DNA from: Macrostomum lignano
Lineage: Eukaryota
DNA length: 64,000 bases
Reading direction: 5' to 3'
Assembly (NCBI GenBank): GCA_002269645.1
Contig: NIVC01000858.1
Location: 124,001 to 188,000 of the forward strand
Shown: positions 37,122 through 47,997 of the stretch, piece after piece
Position numbering within the stretch: the stretch's first letter is position 1
Layout of the letters: each line of letters starts with the position of its first letter
The notes under the pieces: model-generated
Databases searched by the model: none
What the model saw: the letters and a program-made list of their open reading frames with translations, nothing else
Told to the model about the DNA's origin: nothing
Position numbers and translations under genes: made by a program

Positions 37122-39239
37122 ATGAGGCTGCAGCAGCCAACTGGAGCAGCTTCCTCAGCAGCTGCAGCTTCTCCGCGGCGTCGCCTTCTCGGCTGCCTTC
37201 CCGAATCGCTCTGCGACCTGCTGGTTTGTTGCCGGCGAAGGCAACGTCTGGGAAGTTTGGAGACCTCCTCTTCTAGCAGCGAGGTCACGTTTCTCACCGC
37301 AACCACCAGCTCGCCTCCCTTTAGCGCAACCGCCGAAAATCAGCTCGACTGGCGTCTCAGTTCGTGGAGCTCACCATGGCTGCCTAGGCTACCGGCGTCC
37401 TCCGAGACTTTCATACCCATGACGCAGAGCGGCTCCAGCATGCTCTCGCACTCGTCTTCGAGCCGCAGCAAGAAGAAATGCCGGCGGTCCCGCTGCTACA
37501 ATGGATCCAAAACTGAGGCGTCCATACCGCTGACGTTTAAAGACCCCGAGCTGCCCGATCCACAGATAGTTGAGCCTCCGGAAGCCGCTGCACAGATGGG
37601 CAACATGCCAACTCTCGCTGTAAGCAGTCACTGTCGGAAAGGCCAACTGGACCAACTGAGGGGAGATTTGGAAAGGCTGGGTCAGCAGATCGCATCTCTG
37701 GCTGTGAGAAATAGCAAAAGCACAGCGGAAAGTCCCGAGCAGAGGTCAAACAGCACTCAGCAGCCAGTGACGGTGACAAATTCCGGCGCAGAGGAACTGC
37801 TTGACCCAGAAATCCCCGGAGCAATCGGGCTTTCCAGTGATCGAGGAAATGTAGAGGCCGTATCTGCAGCCGCTGGACAGGCAGAGGAAGCCGTCGACTT
37901 TGGGTTCAGTGCGGCCTCAACGGCGCTACAATCAGGAGCTCAACAGGTGGACCTTCTACCGGACGCCACAGACAAAACGATAAAGAACGGTGAGAAGCAA
38001 GGACCAAAGACTGTCGCAGCAGCCAGTTCGGAAATCATGCAAAGTCTGCCCAAAAGTCGCGACCGGCAGAGAGCAATCGAGCCGCGCGAGGAGCCTCAAA
38101 GGCGCAGAGTCCAGAGGAAGAACAGCAAATCTCCGTACAGGGACGACTCAGATGGGCACCTGATCTATGCATTTGGAGATGTGCTGCAGGAGCGATATGA
38201 AATAACAAAGACTCTGGGCGAGGGTACGTTTGGCAAAGTTACCGAATGCATTGACCTTCAAAGCGACAGCCGGAAGCGCGTGGCCATCAAAGTTATTAAA
38301 AATGTTGAGAAGTACAGAGAGGCAGCTAAGCTGGAGATCAATGTGCTAAAGAAGCTGGATGAGAAAGACCCAGAGGGCTGGTACCTGTGCATCAAGCTGC
38401 TGCATTGGTTTGAGTACTATGGCCATATGTGCCTCGTGTTCGGTTTGCTGGGCAAGTCTGTGTACGACTTCTTGAAGGACAACGACTACGCACCCTATCC
38501 CATGGACCATGTGCGGCACATTGTGTACCAACTGGTTCACTCCGTCAGGTTTCTGCACGACAACCAGCTGACGCACACGGACCTGAAGCCAGAAAATATC
38601 TTATTCCTGAACTCCGACTACACAACATGCTACAACCCAAAGCGTCGAAAGCACGAGAAGATAGTCAACTGCACGGATGTCACGCTAATCGATTTTGGCT
38701 CGGCCACTTTTGATCACGAGCACCACTCGACCGTGGTGTCGACTCGCCACTACCGAGCGCCGGAGGTGATTCTAGAACTCGGTTGGTCGCACGCCTGCGA
38801 CGTTTGGTCGATCGGCTGCATAGCGTTCGAGCTGTACACGGGCTTCACTCTGTACCAGACGCACGAGAACCGCGAGCACCTGGCCATGATGGAGCGCATT
38901 CTCGGCCACGCGCCCTACCGCATGACCCGCCGGTCGCAGACCAGCTACTTCTGGCACGGCCGGCTTGACTGGGACTACCATAGCAACGAGGGCCGCTACG
39001 TGAGGGAGAACTGCCGGCCACTGTATCGGTACATGAAAGACGAGTCCCAGGACACCAGGGACCTGTTCGACCTCATGCTTCGCATGCTGGAGTACGAGCC
39101 CGACGAACGAATCCAACTGGAGGCGGCCCTGGATCACCAGTTCTTCCAGTCGCTGCCGCCAGCCTGCTTGCGCCACGTCGCCAAGCCGCCCGGAGGAGTC
39201 AGCGATCCCGAAGCTTCAGAGGCAGCTCCACAGACCTGA
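37122..39239 (+). CDS. CLK: CLK/Doa (LAMMER) dual-specificity kinase, single exon; start ATG 37122 or 37419
   Basis: [41 protein letters not shown] and the diagnostic [11 protein letters not shown] in one uninterrupted ORF. Confidence 0.93.
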   Translation: MRLQQPTGAASSAAAASPRRRLLGCLPESLCDLLVCCRRRQRLGSLETSSSSSEVTFLTATTSSPPFSATAENQLDWRLSSWSSPWLPRLPASSETFIPMTQSGSSMLSHSSSSRSKKKCRRSRCYNGSKTEASIPLTFKDPELPDPQIVEPPEAAAQMGNMPTLAVSSHCRKGQLDQLRGDLERLGQQIASLAVRNSKSTAESPEQRSNSTQQPVTVTNSGAEELLDPEIPGAIGLSSDRGNVEAVSAAAGQAEEAVDFGFSAASTALQSGAQQVDLLPDATDKTIKNGEKQGPKTVAAASSEIMQSLPKSRDRQRAIEPREEPQRRRVQRKNSKSPYRDDSDGHLIYAFGDVLQERYEITKTLGEGTFGKVTECIDLQSDSRKRVAIKVIKNVEKYREAAKLEINVLKKLDEKDPEGWYLCIKLLHWFEYYGHMCLVFGLLGKSVYDFLKDNDYAPYPMDHVRHIVYQLVHSVRFLHDNQLTHTDLKPENILFLNSDYTTCYNPKRRKHEKIVNCTDVTLIDFGSATFDHEHHSTVVSTRHYRAPEVILELGWSHACDVWSIGCIAFELYTGFTLYQTHENREHLAMMERILGHAPYRMTRRSQTSYFWHGRLDWDYHSNEGRYVRENCRPLYRYMKDESQDTRDLFDLMLRMLEYEPDERIQLEAALDHQFFQSLPPACLRHVAKPPGGVSDPEASEAAPQT

Positions 39240-41198
39240 TTGGCCTCTCTTTTATTTTCTGGACGGCCTGTGCACTAAGGAAGTTGTCACAGTTGAGTGT
39301 CGGCTCTAACAGCTTCCAAGCAAAGCCGCTTCATTCAAGCCACTACACAGCTGCCTCTCGCATGCATCTTACCGAAATAACGTGTTTACGGTCTGTACTG
39401 AAGCTTCTGTATTATAGATCTGATAGATGCCTGCCGCCTCATCTACCAGTGATTTTGCCATATTCTGTATAGTTGAACATGCAGGCGCATCCTTCAGCAA
39501 ACGTCTAAAAGGAAGGCTATGGAGCCATAAACAGTCCCAGATTTGCCTTGTATGCATATAGGTGGCTTATTTTTGTACGCACGAGAGAGCCTTCGGTAGA
39601 CGAAACTCTCATTTTTATCAGACTGTTGCAGTGTCGCTTTGAACTATTTAAACATGCGCACCAGATTGGATCAAATAAATGCATGAAGCCCCAGTAGATT
39701 TTCTGCTTTTGTAGTTGTGTTCTAAATCGCATACAGCAAAGCTGCAACACTCGCAAGACTCTCGCGAATCTCTTTACTCAGTTTAGCAGGGGCACCTAAG
39801 AGCGTGTAAATATAGGGTGGAACATTTTGTATTGAGTGTATGGAGATTAAATTAAACAAAATTCGGAAAAAATTCATTTCTAATGAAAATGGCAACAATA
39901 CTACTGACACAGTTGAGTTCAGTAGTCTCACCCATCACGTTCCAAGGAATTTTACAATTCCTTCTATGGCCACACAAGCCGTTCGTGAATGGCCATCCCG
40001 AATATATGACAAACTAGCGCATGTAGCCATGGAAATTGAGAAGTAAAAACAAGACTTACAGAATTCTTAATCACCAAGACCATCTTTCACAGCACAGTAC
40101 CGATCTTGTTAGAACAGGGCGGATGAACTGAAGGGCAACCAGTGAGTCCCGGACCCTGGCGTGCCTGTCGGCCATCAGATTCGTAAATGTCAAATAGTTT
40201 CAGCGCAGTTGCTATGCAGTGGTAAAATATTCCACCGCAATATCCGCCAACTTTTCTTTCCTAAAGCAGAAATTAGCGGCAGTGGACACCGGCGCAGCAC
40301 GCTGAGTTTGGGCAATCTGCATCCTCAAAATTGAAAAAGACATTACAAAAGCTGCAATTCTGCGCAGAACATTTCTTCCGCTCTCCACCAGATCTGCAGC
40401 CCAGTCTAGCTGAAGCTGAGGCTGAATCTGAAGACAGGCAGTCTTGATGCAGCACTCAGGCTTCTCTTCATCTGCGCCTGCAGCTGCGCACTTTCGTGGT
40501 GCTCCGGCAGAAAGCTGACAGAAGTTGTCTGGTGCTTATCCTGCCAGACTGTTCAGCTTGCAGTTCCCAGCGAATACGCAAGACTAAGAAAGAATTTTAA
40601 GTGGCAAGCAACAGCGTGGAGTGTAATCTTAATGCCAAACGGTAAAAACCACTGGCTGCACACAAAGTGAATTAAATGACACGGTAACTGCACAGGGCGG
40701 GAAGCTGCAGTGCTAAGATTGAATGCCACCAATAAAAGTATGCGCATTGCTGCTGGTCATTGCGAGCCAGACCAAGTGATGCGCTCACTTGCCTGGGTAC
40801 AGGGGTTCTAAATTTAATCCTATTATAATTAAGACATTCCTTATCGTTCAGCCAGCCATAGGAAGGAGAAATTTATGGCCTACAGTGCTTTTAATGACCC
40901 CCCCTCGGTGGGCCACTTTTACTCGGATTTCTGTCTCCCCCAGGGTGGACAAGTGGCGCCACTCATTCGCACCCGGCCTGGCTCAGCTGCATGGCGCCCA
41001 GAGACAGGCGAGCGTCAGGATCGGCGGCTCTCAGACCCCGCAGCCGCACACAGTAGAGGCTTTAAAAAACTTTTAGTGAGGTCGCTCAGCCTTTTAAATG
41101 CAAGCCATCGAACAATTAGGCTCTGCTTAACAAGTGTCCGAACCCCAGCCTTGTCTGCTTGCTCAGCTCTCACTTAGCCTGAATCATTCTGTCACTGC

Positions 41199-42518
41199 AT
41201 GTCAGACCAGGACCTGACCCCGGAGCAGGTCGAGGAGCTGGAAGAGGCCTTCTCGCTGTTTGATGAAGACGGCAGTGGTGACATCACGATCAAAGAGCTG
41301 GAGCACGCGCTGCGGGCGTTCGGCTTCAAACCGTCTGACGATGAGCTCAAGGTGAGCCATTGAGGTGCTCAATAATATTAACGGAGAGAGAAGACACCAC
41401 ACAGAGTTGAAAGTCAGAATTTAGAAAGATTCATTCACACCTGCTTTATAAATAAAAGCGCGGCTTTGCAGAAAATGATCCAGGAGATCGACAAGGACGG
41501 CAACGGCACGGTCAACTTTGACGAGTTCAAGCAGGTCATGCGGTACCGAGTCACCGATTCCGTGCTGGAAAGCGAAGTCCAAGAAGCGTTTAGACTATTC
41601 GACTTGGACGGAGACAGTGAGTTCATGCACATCTACTTGTACGAGACATCTGCCAAAATTCTTTTATAATTAAACCAGAGGCGTCGCCAAGGATTTTATA
41701 GTGGGGGGACAAAGCCGAGAATTATACTGTCCATGTGCATGACTAAAGTCTTACATGTACAGTATTTTAGAATCGGTGTTGTCATCTGTCATTTTAGCGC
41801 CGCAGTCACTCATTTTGGCGCCGCAGTCACTCATTTTGGCGCCGCAGTCACTCATTTTGGCGCCGCAGGCACTATTTTAGCGCGCCGCGGGCACTCATGG
41901 CGCCGCAGGCACTCATTTTAGCGCCGCAGGCACTCATTTAGGCGCCGCAGGCACTATTTTAGCGCGCCGCGGGCACTCATGGCGCCGCAGGCACTCATTT
42001 TAGCGCCGCAGGCACTCATTTTAGTGCTGCAGGCACTATGTTTTGTTGCCCTAAAGCAAAATTGATTTCCATAATAGGTCAACAAGATGGGGTGGGGGGA
42101 CAAATCATTGGCATGTCCCCTCATAGCTTTTACTGGGGGGGGGGACATGTCCCCCCGGTGGCGATCCGCCCCTGGATTAACCATTTCCGTTTCAAATGGC
42201 TCAGCTTTGTCTCATATGCAGTGCATGCAAGTCATCCGGCATGCGCGATGACTGCAGTGACACCCGCGCTCCGCAGACTTTATCAACGCTAGCGATCTGA
42301 AGCAGGCCATGCTCAACATGGGCGAGCGGCTCACGGATGTCGAGGCTGAGATGATGCTGCGCCTGGCCGACAGGGACGGCGACGGGCGAATCGATCTGGC
42401 CGAGTTCCGCAGGGTCATGCAGGACGGCGACAAGTGGCTGAAGCTGCGGGCTGAAGCTGTTGAAGACATTCTGCTCCCTGGCGATGGCGAACAGTCGGAC
42501 GACAGTGACAAAGGTTGA
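41199..42518 (+). CDS. Calmodulin/centrin-like 4-EF-hand protein; exons 41199-41351, 41472-41616, 42277-42518 (179 aa)
   Basis: [72 protein letters not shown]; GT-AG introns in phases 0 and 1. Confidence 0.9.
41676..42174. mobile_element. Probable hAT-like non-autonomous element containing a 21-bp tandem array (GGCGCCGCAGTCACTCATTTT, about 41790-42030)
   Basis: Ends CAGAGGCGTCGCCA / TGGCGATCCGCCCCTG are imperfect inverted repeats; flanks AATTAAAC / GATTAACC match 6 of 8. Confidence 0.5.
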
Positions 42519-42689
42519 CCTGCCACGGCGTGTACATGTACATGTACTGCGACATGTATCTTGTCCAGCAATTTTACACACATTTTGAATATTTCTAACA
42601 AAACTGCATTGCCTTCACAACAATAAATACGCATTGCACACAGTTCGAGCCACAGGGTACATCAAATGGCACGCTTTATCTGTGCTTAT

Positions 42690-43115
42690 GGGGGAATTGT
42701 TGAGATATAAAGGCTTACGGGTGGGGAAATTGCTGAGATATAAAGGCTTAAGGGTGGGGGGAATTGCTGAGATATCAAGGCTTACGCCTTACGGGCGGGG
42801 GAATTGCTGATATATCAAAGCTTACGGATAGGGAGAATTGCTGAGATATCAAGGCTCACGGGTGGGGGAATTGCTGAGATGCCAAGGCTTACGGGTGGGG
42901 GGAATTGCTGAGATATCAAGGCTCACGGGTGGGGGGAATTGCTGAGATGCCAAGGCTCACGGGTGGGCGGAATTGCTGAGATGCCAAGGCTTACGGATGG
43001 GGGAATTGCTGAGATATCAAAGCTTACGGATGGGGGAATTGCTGAGATATCAAAGCTTACGGGTGGGCTTGCTGAAATGTTAAGGCTGGCGGGCGAGCTG
43101 CTGAGATGTCAAGGC
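42690..43115. repeat. About 33-35-bp minisatellite (GGGGAATTGCTGAGATATCAAGGCTTACGGGTG), about 12 copies
   Basis: Direct reading. Confidence 0.92.
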
Positions 43116-43877
43116 TAATGTCAGAAGCTATACATGTAGTTTAAAAAAATCATTACATTCTGTGCTGTCTATGGTATTGAATATTTTAGTTTGACTTTTG
43201 CTGCACGTTCACTAACTCTGTTACTTTCTAAAACAAGACAACGCATTTTCTGGCGGCTACGAGCCGGATTCAAATACACGATTGTATATGCAATTTTATA
43301 TAACAAGCCTGACCAATCTTTTCCGACTCACTACGACACAACTCATTCTTTGTTGGCTCCCCGTCGGTGGGGGGGGGGCGCTGACTGCTAGTCCTAACCT
43401 AAAACATCTCGTTAGAGAAGCGAGAACTTATTAATCTGACTGCAGCATGGCGACATGGCGAATTGATACTTTGGCTCTAGAATTTTAGTTTATGGGATGA
43501 ATCCGTGCACTCGTGTTATGGGTGTTGGTTTCACGAGACGGCCGTGTCAGAGAGAGAAAGGAAAAGAAAAACGGAGATTCCTTGCCGCAATGAATTGGTA
43601 ACTGAGAACGTGAGTTAAAATGACAAATTAATGATAAATTATAAATATAATAAATTAATAACAAGTAGTGGCATTCAGTTACAGCTACCGCATGCAGAAT
43701 TACTGAACAGCAACAACAATGTTTACCCGGAAATTGTTCAAATAAAACATCACCCACTGGACACTCGGGGCTGATTTTACACTGACCAACGCCTGACAAA
43801 TGCACAACACACACAATGAGCCTATGTACATTAAATTCAGTCTCAGGGACAGCCGAAGGAACCAATGAGCTGTCTGC

Positions 43878-46800
43878 TCACTGCTGGGCACCGCTGCCGC
43901 TGCCAGACGCAGCCTGGTCGATGATGTTCAGCAGCTTGGCCCGCTGCATCTCGCGCTGCTCGTCCTTCTCGTAAGCCGCCACCAGGGCCTGCAGTTGGCG
44001 CATCTTTTCCAGCACCTGGCTCACGGACAGGCTGCCCAGGTCGTGGATCATCTCCAGGTCGGACTTCTCCAGCTCCGCCTCGTATTTGGCAGCCAGAACT
44101 GGCAACACGATCTGCAAAGGGGAAAGCAGTGGATTGCTAGCGAACCCACAGGAATTAATGCCCTCTGCCAGCCCATGCAATCATTTCACTGCTTCGAGGC
44201 TGCAGATAGCTCATGTCCTGTAAAGTGTACTCCATTGTTTTAGCTGGTTAGTCTGCACTGCAGGGGGCTTTGGGAACTGAGCCTGAGCACACAAATGAAT
44301 GTCTAAGCAGGACAGCAGGCAGGGGTTTGACTTTCCCATTGTTAAGTATTTATGCATAGTTTAGTTAGCACAGGCCAACCACTGTGCACAAACCACAGGC
44401 CAATCATTCTTGCAGTTTCAATTGAAAATGGCCTTATACAGAACTGAACCTGGGTACTTGACATAGGAGAAACTAATTAACATACTCAAAGAGAAATACC
44501 AGAAAAATAACATACCTTAGCAGAACTAGCTAGCAAGTCATCTTTTTCTGAAACAATATAAACAATGTGAAGGTATAACCAAGTTATAAAAATGCTATAT
44601 AGGTTTCACAGATAAGACTTAAGAGAAAAGTTTTATAAAATAATATAAAATATAAAATATATAAAAAAGACAAAATCTCTCACCAGAAGTTGCTGAATGA
44701 AACTCAGTTAAGACTTCATTGGTCATTAAATCATCATCTAAAAGAAATAAAAAATTTTTAAGTTAGGATATAAAGACCAAAAAAATCTATTAATGATATA
44801 AATAATTGTAAAATCAATCCTATTTAAATCTGATTCCTTGTAAAAATTTGAATGTTCATCCTATCTAAGAATAAAAATGCTAATCCTATTTAGGCCTAAA
44901 CTCTCAGTGGCTGATTTAGAAAGGGGAGGGTAATGGCAATGAAGATGCCCATTTTTGCCCTAAAAAGGTATTTGCCCTCATAATGCTCCTCTAATTGGTT
45001 TTATTTGTCTAGTGTTACATGCTTTTATACACCAATATCATTTATATTAGCATTTTAATTATATGTTAGAATTATTCTTCCATTTATTATATTTAACTTA
45101 GAGATATTTCTTTTTATAAGTTCTTTTAAGTCTTAAATATTCTATATAAATTCATCACTTTTGTCTTATGATCCTCCTAATACAATTTTAAATGAATTCA
45201 CTACCGGTATGTGAAAGCCAGGGTTGCAAAATTTTAATATTCAAATAACTTGTGTTAAAACTGAAATTTTTTTTACTAAACTGTAGAGAACTAGTTCATT
45301 TTAACTATTTTTGTTTTATTTTTAACTTCTTGGAAAAGTTAAACCTAGTTTTTTAATTTAGTTTTCCATTTTTTTATAAAAGGCCAGCTATTCTTTCTGA
45401 TCAAAATTTAGCTACTGTAACTATGTACATAGAGACTATGCAAAATTCAAACTTAATCATTTTTGTATGCTAATTTTGTATGCTATATAAATATAGATTG
45501 ATTGTTGGGACTCAAAACTTTTGGTCCCATCTACTGGTCTCGGCAATCTCTATATGCCAAGCTATATACCAAGAGGGCATGCCAGGCCCCTTTGTATGCC
45601 AATGTGTAATCTAGGTCCTTCTGTATGCCAACAAATTCTGGCATACATGTATACCATCCAGAATCTGGTATGAAAGATCATAAGACAAAAATAAAAGCAG
45701 AGGCAGATTAAGGGGAAAGGATGGAGGGTAGTTGCTTCCCTTTTTAAAATAGCTTTAAAGAAAATTTTGTGCTCTCGAAAACCTAAATTTGCACCCTTTA
45801 ACAAAATTTCATTTTTTGCCCCCTAAATGTTTTTTTTGCATTAATAAGCTTGGTTTTTTGCCTTCAAACACCTTTTTGTGCCTTTAAGCTTGATTTTTCA
45901 ACCTTTACATATATTTTTATGCCTTTTAGCTTAAAAAAATTGGCATCCCTTAAGGTTCAACTTGTGTTGGTGCCCCAAACTTGGACTACCACCCTTCCAA
46001 AATAAACTTTAGATCTATCACTGGTAAGAAAAGTATGCTTGATCTGAATTCTATATAAAAAACTTGTTACAATTGTTAAAAACCTTGAGTATCTATTACT
46101 TTTTCATAATGTAATCCACAAGATACAAATCTGCCAAGATGAAATGATCACAAAATGAAATGTCACTTTTTTATTTTTGTTAGACCCATACATGCGCAAC
46201 TGCTGGCCGACCTGGCCGATCTGGCCACCATAAATTGTGGTGGACCAGGGGTAAGTCGCAAAAATGCCCACCCCAAAGAATAGACGTAGTACTAATTAGA
46301 TGACGAGGCATTTAGACCTTATAAGACAGTCATAATTACTCCCGCCATTTACCCACAATTGCGTTATGTTGCTCTAGAGTTTCTTCCACAGGTAAGTTGC
46401 ATTTTTGGTCAAAAAGTAAGTCGCATGGCCAGTGTAAATCAGGGGGTTGCGCATGTATGGTTAGACCTAATGTTATCCACTCCTCCCAATACAAATTAAA
46501 AAAACTTATCATTTTAAAGATAATAGACCCTATTACAAAAGTAAATTTTTAATGTAGCTTCATATTGCTTTGAACAAAGAAAATTTTGCAACACCTATGA
46601 TTAATACGTGAAAACTGACATTGCCTTCTATATTGTGAAAGGTATAGTATATGCCAGAAAATTCCAGTGTACAAATGCTTTAGCTGGTGTACATCTGGCG
46701 TACAAATGCTTTAGCTAATGTACATATGGCATATAGGGAAGAAATACAACTTTCTGTTTTTGGCAAAATCATTGGCATATAATTCTTAATTATACATATT

Positions 46801-47568
46801 CAAACTTGTTGTGCAGTGTACAAAAGCATTGAAATATGTGTCATAATTGCATAAATTATGCTAAACAATTGTTTCCTATAGTAAGGTTAATTTAAAATTT
46901 ATGACAATAAATTAGTTTTTCAAATAATATAGTTATTTTTTCTACATTTAATAATAAAAATATACATAAAATGATTATATATGTAACAATTTTGTTTCAC
47001 TAATTATTTTTATTTTTAAATGATATACATTTGTTTTTCTGAAGCAATTATTTTTCTTGCCATGTCTAATGCTTGTTACATTGATTATGTGCTTGTTAAT
47101 CACATAATTTTTAGTGGCGTACAATTTATTACAACACTTTATTGGTGTAATTTACTAGCATACACTTTACTAGATAGCCGAATACTATCTGGCGTACATG
47201 TAACACGATCTGTAATATGGGTTGCCTTGACTTTCTTAAGAGGGATTGTATAACAAAACAGTGCAATAGAAGAGATTGCATAATGAATCAATAGTAATAT
47301 ATAGCCTAAGTGCAAAGGGATCTCATAACAAAAAAATTCCACCTAACCAAAAAACAAATAAGTGATACAATAAATTCTACACTATTTCAATTGTGCTTTG
47401 ATGATATTATAGAAGTGTAACTTTGATGAATAGTAGGCCTAGTATAGTATAGTATCTAGTACTAGTAGTGATTTGATTAGTGAATAATAGTTAGTGAATA
47501 GAAGTTAGAACTTAAAACAATATTAAAATTGTAATTAAAAAGAAGAAACATTTACCCGATGCCGCCAT
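43878..47568 (-). CDS. LIN52: LIN52 (MuvB/DREAM subunit); exons 47568-47556, 44737-44684, 44547-44516, 44111-43878 (110 aa)
   Basis: The last exon ELEKSDLEMIHDLGSLSVSQVLEKMRQLQALVAAYEKDEQREMQRAKLLNII resembles recalled human LIN52 (ERDDIDMLKELGSLTTANLMEKVRGLQ...ESREMTRGKFLNIL). Three small upstream exons have clean GT-AG sites and matching phases (1,1,0). Confidence 0.8.
46187..46459. mobile_element. hAT-type MITE (273 bp)
   Basis: Perfect 14-bp TIR CATACATGCGCAAC / GTTGCGCATGTATG; perfect 8-bp TSD GTTAGACC at 46179-46186 and 46460-46467. Confidence 0.9.
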
Positions 47569-47997
47569 TAGATATGAAAAACAATTTATTTCACAAGAAG
47601 TACTGATAACAATAGTCAGAATAATAGTGTATCCTATGCCGCTCTACGTATGACTCAATAATTAAAATCCAGATTTCTGTAAAAGCCCTTTTGAAATAAA
47701 TAAAAAGTTGCAATAGTAAGTTAAAACAAAGCAAACGCTTCTGTAATCTGAAACAAAACACAATAAAAATTAAGTGCAGTTTTTTAAAAATTTAAACTTT
47801 TTTACAATGAAGTTTTTAATAATCATAATCTTCTACTACACTCTTTCTTGGAAAAACATTCCCTTTCCCTTCGATCGATCGATCTCCATCCACTTACCAA
47901 GCTGATAGGCAGCAACTGTTTTTTGACAAAGAGATTTTCAGTTTGTGTCAACCCAAGTTTTATATTAAGAAGCAGTGTTGCTTTGCGTGCTTTAATA
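47569..47997. promoter_or_regulatory. Bidirectional promoter region between LIN52 and TOMM20
   Basis: Start codons are 429 bp apart, head-to-head; CpGs retained; TCGATCGATCGAT at 47871-47883. Confidence 0.7.

Noticed and set aside
40278-40450. Protein-like open stretch (QKLQFCAEHFFRSPPDLQ...)
   Set aside because: No start codon, no convincing acceptor, no recognisable family.
44904-46024. Old element with CAGTGGCTGATTTAG / TTAGATCTATCACTG ends
   Set aside because: The inverted match is too degenerate and no TSD could be confirmed.
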